DNA of 64,000 bases from a virus (lineage: Duplodnaviria > Caudoviricetes), in IMG/VR virus record IMGVR_UViG_3300005512_002353; one strand, given 5' to 3'. The position numbers and the translations under genes are program-made. Of this stretch, positions 19,911 to 28,944 are shown piece by piece. Each line of letters begins with the position of its first letter. Position 1 is the first letter of the stretch. The notes below the pieces were generated by a model. That model was not told the origin of the DNA, did no database searches, and was given only the letters and a program-made list of their open reading frames with translations.

Positions 19911-20169
19911 TCTTAACTAACTTCCAATAAGTCTCTTGTTTGTCTGTCATGTTACAATAAAGATGAGCAACAAACCCCATCTGATATTCGTTGTCAATGC
20001 CAACGGTATACCACATGAGCTCTCCATCTCCGCCACATTCTTCGTATACCCACTTGCCTGCAGGAGTATCTAAGTATTCTGCAATAGCACCTGAGGCATA
20101 TAAGTCTGGATCCTCACAGTCTCCTAGGTGTGCCTCAAACACACAGACCCTATTTCCATTCTTCTTCAA
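19894..20169 (-). CDS. hypothetical protein
   Basis: ORF track; overlaps neighbours in the operon. Confidence 0.6.
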   Translation of the reverse strand: MKKNGNRVCVFEAHLGDCEDPDLYASGAIAEYLDTPAGKWVYEECGGDGELMWYTVGIDNEYQMGFVAHLYCNMTDKQETYWKLVKNANTG

Positions 20170-20431
20170 ACTTAAAAAACCTCAGAGCGTATTCAGTGTA
20201 TTGTTTCTCATCTAGGTCTCCGTAGATGATATATTGTTTACCATACCCAACATAGACTTCATCTTCATGCCATTGTAGTTCTATGTCATTGTTTTCTACC
20301 CAACTGTATTGGGGAGTTTCCTTAAACAGTTCAGCAACGTCCCAAAACTGCTTTTGTTTTGACTTTGTTACAATGTTAGAATAGTCGTTTTCTTGATGTG
20401 TAAAGAATCTAACTCTGTGTTTTACTTTCAA
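20150..20431 (-). CDS. hypothetical protein
   Basis: ORF track; overlaps neighbours. Confidence 0.6.
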   Translation of the reverse strand: MKVKHRVRFFTHQENDYSNIVTKSKQKQFWDVAELFKETPQYSWVENNDIELQWHEDEVYVGYGKQYIIYGDLDEKQYTEYALRFFKFEEEWK

Positions 20432-20865
20432 GGGGTTATCCTTCCTGTAATAGATATTCTAATATTGTTAACATCGGTAACTTCATGCGACACTGACGTT
20501 TTTAAAATATACCATTCGTTTGTTTTAAGAATTTTATTTTCTATTTCTTGTCCATCGTCATCATAAAAGTGTGTCACAGCATCGCCGCCTGCTATTATAT
20601 AATTAAATTTTGATTCTGTGCCAACATCTTTATGCTTTGGTAAATCTTTATTAATAACCTGTATGGCCCAATACACATCCTCACTGATGTTTTCTTTACA
20701 CCAATTTTGTATTTTATCATTAGCTGGAATCCATTCATAGATATCTTTAAGACTTTCAATACCAGGAAATTCTGTTCCTTTATTTTCTTTTATACTGGCA
20801 TGAACTTCTGCTACAAGATGTTCAGGTAGTTTTGGTAATCCTTTAATGTGTTTAGCATTGGTCAT
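20428..20865 (-). CDS. cupin/2OG-Fe(II) oxygenase-like protein
   Basis: PKHKD (HxD) ... SHEV (H) ... RISIT; AT-rich. Confidence 0.55.
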   Translation of the reverse strand: MTNAKHIKGLPKLPEHLVAEVHASIKENKGTEFPGIESLKDIYEWIPANDKIQNWCKENISEDVYWAIQVINKDLPKHKDVGTESKFNYIIAGGDAVTHFYDDDGQEIENKILKTNEWYILKTSVSHEVTDVNNIRISITGRITP

Positions 20866-20873
20866 AGACTGTA

Positions 20874-20902
20874 ATTATATAGTCTAAAAACTTCAGTGTC
20901 AA
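20874..20902 (-). promoter_or_regulatory. sigma70-type promoter TTGACA-N17-TATAAT
   Basis: Perfect consensus; ATG 8 nt after the -10 box. Confidence 0.85.
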
Positions 20903-21559
20903 CTAGATAGATTCCATTAACGGAAAGATTTCTGCAATAACTTTAGCACAGGCCTGGGCGATCTCCATGTGTTCTTTCTGTGTGCCATTTGCAGAGCGTA
21001 GATCGATATAATGAACCCACGAACGTAGTGTTCCGTTCATATATAATCTGGTTTTGGTATTACCTTCAGGTAGAACTGCACGAGCTTGTTCTTTGGCAAT
21101 ACCATTATCAATAGCCCATTCATATGTTTCTTTGGCTAAGTTGATAACCTGTTGTTGTCTGTCAGTCCATTCATTATGTAGTATTTCATCATCTACATCA
21201 ATTGAGTTTTGTCTGTTTTGTGTGTCTTGTAGTCTTGCTTCACGCAGGACAAATTGATTACCAAACTCTGCTGGATCAGCATAACGTTGGCTAAACTCTT
21301 GGAAACTAAATGAGCGATGTCTCACTATTTGATGTGCTATGTCTCGAGTGGTATTGATCTCTAAACAAGCATTAACCATTTCCAAAGGTGACCAGTGTTT
21401 GTGTTTAATCAAATATTTGATCAGTTTGTCACTGGTCTCTTTGTTCATCTGATTACTAGGATTTGATACTCTAGCACAGAAAGCGATTAGTTCTTGGCAG
21501 TCATCTAACCCTGTGCCTTCTGGTGCTGTTGAGTAAGATATCAATTTGACCTGTGTCAT
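20903..21559 (-). CDS. thyX: FAD-dependent thymidylate synthase
   Basis: HWSPLE, RHRSFSFQEFSQRY, KEQARAVLP, LRSANGTQKEH. Confidence 0.96.
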   Translation of the reverse strand: MTQVKLISYSTAPEGTGLDDCQELIAFCARVSNPSNQMNKETSDKLIKYLIKHKHWSPLEMVNACLEINTTRDIAHQIVRHRSFSFQEFSQRYADPAEFGNQFVLREARLQDTQNRQNSIDVDDEILHNEWTDRQQQVINLAKETYEWAIDNGIAKEQARAVLPEGNTKTRLYMNGTLRSWVHYIDLRSANGTQKEHMEIAQACAKVIAEIFPLMESI

Positions 21560-21861
21560 AGATTTCCCAGTATAGTATCAGTTTCTTTTTGAACTAGTTC
21601 TGCAACTGCTTCAACATCAACAAAGAAGTCAATGTTTTCGATCATACCATCATATTCTGACAGTTTGTCGTTTAGAACCTGTTCAAGTTCTTCAGGATAA
21701 TATCCCTTCTTGCGTAGTGTGGCGATGTTTAAATATCTGCGTTTACCGTCTGTGAGTTTGATCACTAATCTCTTGATACACTCTACCGGAACATCAGTTT
21801 TTTCAACGTTGTCAACCAAGTCTTCCCACTTTGCGAGGAAGTCGTCGCTGAATCTCGCCAT
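21556..21861 (-). CDS. hypothetical protein
   Basis: ORF track; in operon. Confidence 0.7.
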   Translation of the reverse strand: MARFSDDFLAKWEDLVDNVEKTDVPVECIKRLVIKLTDGKRRYLNIATLRKKGYYPEELEQVLNDKLSEYDGMIENIDFFVDVEAVAELVQKETDTILGNL

Positions 21862-21864
21862 GTC

Positions 21865-22377
21865 TTACGCCGTTTCTTTCTTTGGGCGGCCTCTCTTTTT
21901 AGGGGCTTCACTGGGTGCAACATCTTCAGCAACTGCTGGTGCTGGTCTTAGGCTTGGATCAAGTCTGTATGCTTCTTCAAGCATCTTGTTAGCTCTGCTA
22001 ATTAAATCCTGAGCCTGATCCTTAATACCAGTTGTTGACATCTCGCCTAACATCTTGTTAAGCTCATCAAGCCTAACTCCTGACTTTTTATTGGCTTCTA
22101 CAACAACATGACGTGTTTCAACTTTGGTTAGATATCCGTCTGCATGTAGCGCCTGTAGGATGTTCCTACCATCAGCAGTGGTATGTTTATCTAATTCTTC
22201 TGCCAGTTCATTAGCCGCCTGTCCGTTCTTGGATTCTAAAACACTCATCAATCCATCGTGTAAGAAACTTGGTAATGTGTCTGAATATACTACCAATGCG
22301 TGATTAGTGTCATTTGGCAACGTTTTAAATACGATCGCTACCTTCTGTTCATTGTGTCTTCCGACGTGTTTAATCAT
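21865..22377 (-). CDS. hypothetical protein with C-terminal AT-hook-like KKRGRPKK
   Basis: ORF track; KRGRP motif. Confidence 0.7.
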   Translation of the reverse strand: MIKHVGRHNEQKVAIVFKTLPNDTNHALVVYSDTLPSFLHDGLMSVLESKNGQAANELAEELDKHTTADGRNILQALHADGYLTKVETRHVVVEANKKSGVRLDELNKMLGEMSTTGIKDQAQDLISRANKMLEEAYRLDPSLRPAPAVAEDVAPSEAPKKRGRPKKETA

Positions 22378-22381
22378 ATGA

Positions 22382-22645
22382 TTATTCTCCTTTTTCCGCA
22401 GGTGCGTCCACCTTTGGTTCTTCTTTTGGTAACAGGCTTGCTACGAAAAGACTGAGTCTTTCATAGACTGTGCCAACTGCTGTTAACTCGTTAGCTCGCC
22501 ATGCACCTCTCTGTGAGCCAAGTTCGATAGCACTCTTTAACGTAATTAGGTCTTGCACCGTTAAAGGCTGTGCCTGTTGCTCTTGGGCTTGTTCAGGTTG
22601 TGATTCCTGTTTTACTTCTTCTGTTTTCTTATTATCTTTGGCCAT
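22382..22645 (-). CDS. hypothetical protein
   Basis: AAGGAG RBS; SQRGAWRANEL core. Confidence 0.75.
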   Translation of the reverse strand: MAKDNKKTEEVKQESQPEQAQEQQAQPLTVQDLITLKSAIELGSQRGAWRANELTAVGTVYERLSLFVASLLPKEEPKVDAPAEKGE

Positions 22646-22676
22646 GTAATATTCTCCTTGCTAATATTTAACGGCC
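22640..22676 (-). promoter_or_regulatory. candidate late promoter (TTAAATA) within a start-codon-sequestering hairpin
   Basis: GGCCGT..AATATT-AGCAAGGAG-AATATT..ATGGCC inverted repeat. Confidence 0.5.
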
Positions 22677-22698
22677 CTACGATGGTGGGTCCAAATTT

Positions 22699-24006
22699 TT
22701 AGGACTTGTTTTCCTCGTATAAGGCCCAGGTTCCAAATGGTGGGTTAGGATTGTCGTCACCGTGTATGATCCACACTGTGTCACAGTAGTTTGGATCTCC
22801 CCATGTGCCAAATGGCCAACCGTCTGTGAATACAACAAACCTTGCTGGATTGATGTCATGTTCTTTCATGTAGTTGAACATACAAGCGAAATCAGTTCCG
22901 CCACCGCCCTCAGGTTCATAATCCAGTATATCATCTAAGTTCTCACTTGTAAAGTCTTTTGGATTATAAACTTCAGTGTCAAAACTGAATATGTGAATCT
23001 TATAGTTGTTGAATTCTTCCGTGATGCCCTTGAGCTCACTTAGGAAGTCTCTGGCCTGACTGTCTGATATACTACCTGACATATCAAGTGCTACCACAAT
23101 GTCAATCATTTCCTCATGATCTGTGCCTGGTAATATAGCATCCATGTGCCATGCACGTCTACTAGGACGTTGCCATGTGTAGTCTGACTTCTGTGTAGAC
23201 TCTAACTGCTGACGTAGTAGTTCACGCCAGTTCATTTTAGGATCAGTGATCTCTTGTATAATACGTTTTACGTTGTTAGGTAAATTACCAGCACCTGTTT
23301 GTTTTGCGGCATTGACCACTGCTTCTTTAAGTTCGTCTTTTATCTCCTGAAGCTCTTCTTTCGAAAGTTTGGGTTTGCCCTTACCGTCCTTTTCATTACC
23401 GTCACCGTCTTTGCTTTCTGGTCCGTCTGATGTTGTTGAATCTTCGTTCTCCAGATGCTCATCAAGAAGTTGTTTAACCAAGTCATCAACGTCAATTTTT
23501 TCTGCGTTTTCATATAAATCCTCATATACCTTTTCATAGTTCCAGCCATAGTATTTTGTTTCGTGTAAACAAGGAACAGTTGTAATCATTTCGCCTATCT
23601 TGTGTTGAACTAGGTCACCATTGACACAGTAGTCAGCGGCGATGTTTGAAAGTTGTGCCTGATGATCGTTGTCTACTCTACGACCAATATGTTCATAGAC
23701 ACAGTGTAGCACTTCATGTCCAAACAAGAACTCTACCTCTTTTTCGTTTTTCAACATCATGATAAAACGTGAATTGTAATAAAACTTACGACCGTCTGTG
23801 GCGGCAGTTGGGCACCATTCGTCTGCATTAGTAAGTTGTAAACGAGTTGCTAGGTTGCCAAAGAAAGGCTGTTTAAGTAGTAGACCAATTCTAGCAGTTA
23901 CTAAGCGTTCTCTTGCTTCTGCATCAACTCTAGGATCTGTAGGACCTAGTATGTCTTTGAATTGATCTTTTACGTCTTTTGTGTTTGCTGTGGTCGCTGT
24001 AGTCAT
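22699..24006 (-). CDS. HEXXH metallopeptidase-like + VWA domain protein (DUF2201-like, MoxR partner)
   Basis: TAATDG, HEVLH, NIAAD..VN; VWA MIDAS DMSGS..GGGGT..FTDG. Confidence 0.9.
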   Translation of the reverse strand: MTTATTANTKDVKDQFKDILGPTDPRVDAEARERLVTARIGLLLKQPFFGNLATRLQLTNADEWCPTAATDGRKFYYNSRFIMMLKNEKEVEFLFGHEVLHCVYEHIGRRVDNDHQAQLSNIAADYCVNGDLVQHKIGEMITTVPCLHETKYYGWNYEKVYEDLYENAEKIDVDDLVKQLLDEHLENEDSTTSDGPESKDGDGNEKDGKGKPKLSKEELQEIKDELKEAVVNAAKQTGAGNLPNNVKRIIQEITDPKMNWRELLRQQLESTQKSDYTWQRPSRRAWHMDAILPGTDHEEMIDIVVALDMSGSISDSQARDFLSELKGITEEFNNYKIHIFSFDTEVYNPKDFTSENLDDILDYEPEGGGGTDFACMFNYMKEHDINPARFVVFTDGWPFGTWGDPNYCDTVWIIHGDDNPNPPFGTWALYEENKS

Positions 24007-24012
24007 ATTAGT

Positions 24013-24041
24013 ATTATATGATCAAGTGAATTATTTGTCAA
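24013..24041 (-). promoter_or_regulatory. sigma70-type promoter TTGACA-N17-TATAAT with GATC next to -10
   Basis: ttgaca aataattcacttGATCa tataat actaat ATG. Confidence 0.88.
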
Positions 24042-24044
24042 GTA

Positions 24045-24701
24045 TTACTTGATATATGTTTCTAAGTGTTTAGCCCATAGATCGTGTGCATCTTGTCCAT
24101 AGTGCATTCGGTGATCAGCATAATTACAACCATGTTCCATACTATATCTACTAAAACTTTCAGCAGTCCAATCCGGCTTAACATAAGGATCATGCACCCA
24201 GCAATCTCCCCAGTCAAACTTGAATGCCATCTCTTGTTCTGGTTCACGGTCAAAGAAGTGTGTTAAGCATCCTTGATAGAATAAGTGTTTGAATCCTTGT
24301 TGTTCTAATAGTTTGTGAAACACATAGATCTGATTATGTTGTTCGGCGTGTTTGTCAAAATTTCTACCATCTACAAACGCTTCAACACGCTCCCGCCTTA
24401 CGTTATCAAGTTCAGGATCAACCTTGTATTCAAAGTCTCCACAGATCTGATGCCATTGATCTTTGTAGTAATATTCTGTCCTCTCAAAACTAGACCAACC
24501 TATTATGATCAGTGTATCTTTTGGATCTAGGTCAGGGAGTCTTTCCTGTGTGGTTCTTATGATGCGTTGATTGCTACCGCCGGGTAGTGCTATGTTCTCA
24601 TAATCCCACCCAAACTTTTTGGCTAACTGTTCTGTAGCAGTTATACCACCACTGGGATAGACTTGTGCTGTATGGCTGTCACCGTTTACAAATAATTTCA
24701 T
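24045..24701 (-). CDS. SGNH/GDSL hydrolase-like protein
   Basis: NGDSHT, NIALPGGSNQRI, IGWS..ER, MHYGQDAH. Confidence 0.65.
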   Translation of the reverse strand: MKLFVNGDSHTAQVYPSGGITATEQLAKKFGWDYENIALPGGSNQRIIRTTQERLPDLDPKDTLIIIGWSSFERTEYYYKDQWHQICGDFEYKVDPELDNVRRERVEAFVDGRNFDKHAEQHNQIYVFHKLLEQQGFKHLFYQGCLTHFFDREPEQEMAFKFDWGDCWVHDPYVKPDWTAESFSRYSMEHGCNYADHRMHYGQDAHDLWAKHLETYIK

Positions 24702-24988
24702 AATCCAAATTTTAACCTACACATTGTTACACATCGAGGATCTTTAAATCTAAGAACCATGCCGTCTGTATGCACATCTGCTGACCAATCATGACCAGGT
24801 AATCCAAACTCCTCTGTTACCCAGGCCATGTATTCATTCCACATCACTATAGTGTCGCCTCGTTTCCATTCAACTAGTATTTCGTATACTGCGTCTTCAA
24901 CTACAGGGTATGACATTAGATGTCTATCCATCGCTTTCTCCAAACACCAGAACAAAATATTCTGCTTCACGTTCTGTGTTAAAAACAA
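24698..24988 (-). CDS. hypothetical protein (real start probably ATG 24931)
   Basis: ORF track; ends LRFKDP..MCRLKF. Confidence 0.6.
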   Translation of the reverse strand: MFLTQNVKQNILFWCLEKAMDRHLMSYPVVEDAVYEILVEWKRGDTIVMWNEYMAWVTEEFGLPGHDWSADVHTDGMVLRFKDPRCVTMCRLKFGL

Positions 24989-25151
24989 AGTAGAGATGCT
25001 TTCTACCTCTGATGACTGCTCCGTATTGTTCTGCTAGCCACAGTGCCATCTCATTGGACACATTCTCTGACTCCATAGCCCATTGATCTCTTCTTTTCAT
25101 AAACGTGGTTTGAACCTGCGTCCAATATGGATCAATTGGTAGTTTTATCAT
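24924..25151 (-). CDS. hypothetical protein
   Basis: ORF track. Confidence 0.6.
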   Translation of the reverse strand: MIKLPIDPYWTQVQTTFMKRRDQWAMESENVSNEMALWLAEQYGAVIRGRKHLYFVFNTEREAEYFVLVFGESDG

Positions 25152-25683
25152 CGCTTAAAAATGTCAGTATAGCATACTGATTGTTTTTTGTCACTGGTTG
25201 ACTCTCAAATTGGTAAGAAAAGTCACTAGGAAAAACAATCATCATACCTGGTTTAAATTTGATGTAGACGTTTTGTGTGGGGAAGATTAGTTCTAGTCCA
25301 CCGTTGATACTCAATAGTGCAGTCAATGCTTGATTGCGATTATAGCCTCTTGGTAGACTCTGATCTTTTTTGAACCTAAGCAATTGATAGGGACTATTGC
25401 TCTGCATATCTTCTGCTATATTGTATCTAGGAATATACTCTCTTACCGTTTCGGCAAGTATGTCACGGAAGTCTTCATAAATTTTATGTATAATTGGATT
25501 AGGTGATTTTCTCACAGTCCGTGATAAGTTGAGTGCATCACAGTAACCTGCAGACTCCCAATTGACCAGGTCTCTTTCTGGATCTTGACACTGACTTTCT
25601 AATAGCTCAATGGTATTCTTAGGATACTCCCAACAGTCCTCAAATACGTCTATGGCTCCGCCCAATGTCTTGATGTGCTTCAT
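25132..25683 (-). CDS. prolyl-4-hydroxylase-like 2OG-Fe(II) fold protein, metal ligands apparently lost
   Basis: YQLLRF..GGLELIF..KPGMMIVFPS.F.Y...PVT...Y scaffold without HxD...H. Confidence 0.55.
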   Translation of the reverse strand: MKHIKTLGGAIDVFEDCWEYPKNTIELLESQCQDPERDLVNWESAGYCDALNLSRTVRKSPNPIIHKIYEDFRDILAETVREYIPRYNIAEDMQSNSPYQLLRFKKDQSLPRGYNRNQALTALLSINGGLELIFPTQNVYIKFKPGMMIVFPSDFSYQFESQPVTKNNQYAILTFLSDDKTTN

Positions 25684-25925
25684 TATGATCGTTCGTTGTC
25701 GTGGTCTAATACAAATCTAAGACATAGATCTCGTGCCCTGTCTTTGTCCTGCTCAGTGTATATATGCCACGTGGAGATGCCATCCGCAGAACTTGGATTG
25801 TATGATAGGCTGGCTACTTCTGGAAAATAATTAAGAAATTCCTCGCCATATCTGGCCTTAGGATTGACTAGAACCTGTGCTGTGAACCAGCGATCAAATT
25901 CGTCAAAGTCTTCCCTGTTTATCAT
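25683..25925 (-). CDS. hypothetical protein
   Basis: ORF track. Confidence 0.6.
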   Translation of the reverse strand: MINREDFDEFDRWFTAQVLVNPKARYGEEFLNYFPEVASLSYNPSSADGISTWHIYTEQDKDRARDLCLRFVLDHDNERS

Positions 25926-26160
25926 CTACAAACCTTAAGTGGTAATACGTTAACCATCTGTTTAATTCATGTTCGCTGGTCCATAACCACTTTCCGTATG
26001 CTTTCTTTTGGACGAAAGGAAGGTCTGCTAATTCACCGTCAACAAGTTGGACATGATCATTCCACTCAATTATGTCCTCTGTGTTATACAAAGGTTCTTT
26101 TAATTTAAGTTTCATCAATGTCTTGTTCTGAAACTTTTCTATGTCAAATGTTAGTTCCAT
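25903..26160 (-). CDS. hypothetical protein
   Basis: ORF track. Confidence 0.6.
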   Translation of the reverse strand: MELTFDIEKFQNKTLMKLKLKEPLYNTEDIIEWNDHVQLVDGELADLPFVQKKAYGKWLWTSEHELNRWLTYYHLRFVDDKQGRL

Positions 26161-26453
26161 CTCAATAAAAAAGCATCCACTTCACGACTTGTTGCCAGAT
26201 AAATCCTATTAGCATGGACAGAAGTTTGATTCTCCCAGCACCATACTGTATTTACGTCTGTAGATTTCATTAGGGCTTTCCAACTCTGTAGGTCAATGCT
26301 GGCGCCAAGATTTTCCCAGCACCAGGTCATTGCCGTATTAAAATCCTCTACTGCCTGTTGATAACTGATACGATCAAACTCAATGCAGTAGAGGAAGTGG
26401 GGGTTTGCGTTCCATTGGACTGAGGTCTTCTTGACCTTAAAGGACCGCCTCAT
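26151..26453 (-). CDS. hypothetical protein
   Basis: ORF track. Confidence 0.65.
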   Translation of the reverse strand: MRRSFKVKKTSVQWNANPHFLYCIEFDRISYQQAVEDFNTAMTWCWENLGASIDLQSWKALMKSTDVNTVWCWENQTSVHANRIYLATSREVDAFLLRWN

Positions 26454-27538
26454 TACTGAGCGGCCTTCAAGATGTATTTGCCATACTTGTCGTGGAACTT
26501 GTCAAACGATTTAAGTTTAGTAGGACTAAATTTTAAATCATATGTGGTAAGTGCTGTTCTAGCACCCATGACCGTGATCTCTGTCTCAAAGTTCTTCATC
26601 ATGTAGTCAAAGAAGTTGTCTAGTGATTTATACCATTCTTTCTCTTCGACCTTCTTCTCTTGCCTGTCCGCCAGTTCATAGCACATGGATACCACCAATG
26701 AATACATAGCTGAAATATCTTTGATCTCAAGATCTTTAACTTTCCCATCTAAGATATCTGTTGGATTAGGCATTTGACTGGCCACTTTTCTATGTGCCAT
26801 GAACTTGACAGCAAGTCCTTCTCCAACTGCCCCCGCTATAAGGTTGAGTAGGGCATTCTTGTCGGTGTCGTTATCTTCTAATAGCTCTGATACAAACGAC
26901 CACGAACGGGGGGTAGCGAAAGCCCTACTCGAACTCTTGGGATCGAAATCGTATAAGTCTTGTTTTGAATAAGCAAGATAACCAATCACGTCCTTGTGTA
27001 TTTTATTTTTAACTGCCCACTGCTCCCATGACTCAAAGTCCACACGCATCTCTTGGTGTATGAATCTATTGGCCAATGGAGTAGGCATTCTGTATACAAC
27101 ACCCTTGTCTGACTCTCTGTTACCAGCGGCCACCATAACAACGTTATCAGGAAGTTTATACTTGCCCACACGTCTGTTAAGGATTAATTGATATGCCGCG
27201 GCCTGCACAGCAGGTGCTGATGAATTCATTTCGTCTAAGAATAATACCACTACTGGATAGTCTTTGGCAGTGGCCTCGTCAGGTAAATCAATTGGAGGAG
27301 CCCAATCCATTAAGCCTGAGTCTTTATTGTAAAAAGGAATACCACGAATGTCTGTAGGATCCATTTGACCTAGACGTAGATCAATCATAAGACCCTTCAT
27401 ATCGTTGGTAATGTCTGCTACTAGTTCTGATTTACCAATGCCTGGAGGACCCCAAAGGAACACTGGTCTTTGTTTTTCAAAGCACTTCTTCAGCGTGACT
27501 CTTGCTTCTTGTGCTGTTATCGTTCTATTTTCTGACAT
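26453..27538 (-). CDS. MoxR-like AAA+ ATPase
   Basis: Walker A GPPGIGKS, Walker B LFLDE, AAGNR, PLANRF, TPRSW. Confidence 0.92.
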   Translation of the reverse strand: MSENRTITAQEARVTLKKCFEKQRPVFLWGPPGIGKSELVADITNDMKGLMIDLRLGQMDPTDIRGIPFYNKDSGLMDWAPPIDLPDEATAKDYPVVVLFLDEMNSSAPAVQAAAYQLILNRRVGKYKLPDNVVMVAAGNRESDKGVVYRMPTPLANRFIHQEMRVDFESWEQWAVKNKIHKDVIGYLAYSKQDLYDFDPKSSSRAFATPRSWSFVSELLEDNDTDKNALLNLIAGAVGEGLAVKFMAHRKVASQMPNPTDILDGKVKDLEIKDISAMYSLVVSMCYELADRQEKKVEEKEWYKSLDNFFDYMMKNFETEITVMGARTALTTYDLKFSPTKLKSFDKFHDKYGKYILKAAQ

Positions 27539-27570
27539 CTAAAACCCCCGTTTCATTTAATAACAATACT

Positions 27571-27599
27571 AGTATATGATCATTCTATTTCTGTGTCAA
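27571..27599 (-). promoter_or_regulatory. sigma70-type promoter TTGACA-N17-TATACT with GATC next to -10
   Basis: ttgaca cagaaatagaatGATCa tatact. Confidence 0.82.
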
Positions 27600-27870
27600 G
27601 CTCTTTTTCTGATTCTTCACCGTGCTTGTGTAACTCGTATGGACCTAAGAATCTACGCACACCGTCCTCATCAGGTGCTGGCTGTATACTACTTTCCCAA
27701 TCTCTCAGTCCTTGGAACTCCAGACTGCCGTCGTGCTGTTTTGGTTTTTCTTCTGGTTTAAGATTTAAAGGATTTAACCAACGTAGATATTCTATGTATG
27801 CCATGATCGGAATACAAACGATTATCGTGACGTAGAATATACATCTATATAGATCCGCTCTGTTTATCAT
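27580..27870 (-). CDS. hypothetical membrane protein
   Basis: Single N-terminal hydrophobic helix. Confidence 0.55.
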   Translation of the reverse strand: MINRADLYRCIFYVTIIVCIPIMAYIEYLRWLNPLNLKPEEKPKQHDGSLEFQGLRDWESSIQPAPDEDGVRRFLGPYELHKHGEESEKELDTEIE

Positions 27871-28021
27871 CTTGTTTATATTTTGCTTTTAAAAACCATT
27901 TCCATTTATTAAAATAGTCTTGTGGACTACCTGTAACTTGTCTTCTCTCCCATTGTTCAACTTCGTCTTTATATTCATACCACTTTTCATAACAGTAAGT
28001 TCTAAAGGGAGAACGATTCAT
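27845..28021 (-). CDS. hypothetical protein
   Basis: MNRSPFRTY...; ATG 28021 overlaps the upstream TGA. Confidence 0.6.
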   Translation of the reverse strand: MNRSPFRTYCYEKWYEYKDEVEQWERRQVTGSPQDYFNKWKWFLKAKYKQDDKQSGSI

Positions 28022-28155
28022 AGTTTCTTGGCCTTCCATAGTTTAATTTTTAATTGGATGTTCTGTATAAAATATTCAGCAACGCCTGTCTTCCATGCCC
28101 ACAGCAGATCCATTACGATCGCACCTGCCAGCATTCCTAATAAAAAGTTAAGCAT
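28018..28155 (-). CDS. small membrane protein (45 aa)
   Basis: Not in track; MLNFLLGMLAGAIVMDLLWAWK..., AAGGAG RBS. Confidence 0.6.
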   Translation of the reverse strand: MLNFLLGMLAGAIVMDLLWAWKTGVAEYFIQNIQLKIKLWKAKKL

Positions 28156-28164
28156 ATTTACTCC

Positions 28165-28515
28165 TTACCACCATGAATTGTAATAAACTTTGCGACCGCC
28201 AGCAATATCACCTCTGGCTTCCTCAACAAAGGCCAAGTCTTGATCTCTGTAGTATTCATCTGCAGGACCTCCAAAAAAGAAGCCCTGTGTTTCTGGAAGA
28301 TCTCTCATTAGTATAACATTTTCTAATACGTTAAGATCTTCAAGTGTTAGTTCAACTTCAACACAATTAAACTGATCTTCTGTGTTACCAGTTTTATCTC
28401 TCCATAACTTTTCCATGAAGCCATGTAAGTTAGGATGTTTTCTCCAGGCACTAAGCTCTCTGGTGTTTTTACTAGTTGCTCTTGCCTTGCTGTATGCCAT
28501 CATGTCTAAACCCAT
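28165..28515 (-). CDS. conserved phage protein (MGLD...WRKHPNLHG...YYNSWW type)
   Basis: Recognisable phage-hypothetical motif pattern. Confidence 0.75.
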   Translation of the reverse strand: MGLDMMAYSKARATSKNTRELSAWRKHPNLHGFMEKLWRDKTGNTEDQFNCVEVELTLEDLNVLENVILMRDLPETQGFFFGGPADEYYRDQDLAFVEEARGDIAGGRKVYYNSWW

Positions 28516-28548
28516 AATTTCTACCCCTAAAAATTAACTAACAATAAT

Positions 28549-28577
28549 ATTATATAACTTTTGGATTTTTTGGTCAA
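28549..28577 (-). promoter_or_regulatory. sigma70-type promoter TTGACC-N17-TATAAT
   Basis: Near-consensus, 17-nt spacer. Confidence 0.75.
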
Positions 28578-28798
28578 CCAATAAATTGAGTAACCAATAA
28601 GTATGCCATTAGGAACATGATGGCAGTAAATGTTACAATCCTGATAGAGTCAGTGAATCGTGCCAGTTCCTCTGCCTGTCTGTTAACATTGTCAATCTTA
28701 ACGGCCAACACATCAACCTTACCTCTAAGTTTAGACATATCACTGCCTAACTCTTTCCATTGTCTGTTTGTTCCAAAATCTTTTGCTTCTACTTTCAT
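28574..28798 (-). CDS. coiled-coil protein with C-terminal TM helix
   Basis: ORF track, AAGGAG RBS. Confidence 0.6.
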   Translation of the reverse strand: MKVEAKDFGTNRQWKELGSDMSKLRGKVDVLAVKIDNVNRQAEELARFTDSIRIVTFTAIMFLMAYLLVTQFIG

Positions 28799-28808
28799 AT
28801 ATTTCTCC

Positions 28809-28883
28809 TTATTGATGTTTGAATAGTTTCTTGATGCGCCACACTATGTAGGCCCACCACTCTGATCTAGGTATCTTACGCAT
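28809..28883 (-). CDS. small peptide (24 aa) MRKIPRSEWWAYIVWRIKKLFKHQ
   Basis: Not in track; AAGGAG RBS, directly behind a consensus promoter. Confidence 0.5.
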   Translation of the reverse strand: MRKIPRSEWWAYIVWRIKKLFKHQ

Positions 28884-28915
28884 GATTTCTCCTTGATTCC
28901 TAATTTATAGCCATA

Positions 28916-28944
28916 ATTATACACTATATTGTATATTGTGTCAA
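28916..28944 (-). promoter_or_regulatory. sigma70-type promoter TTGACA-N17-TATAAT
   Basis: Perfect consensus. Confidence 0.88.
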
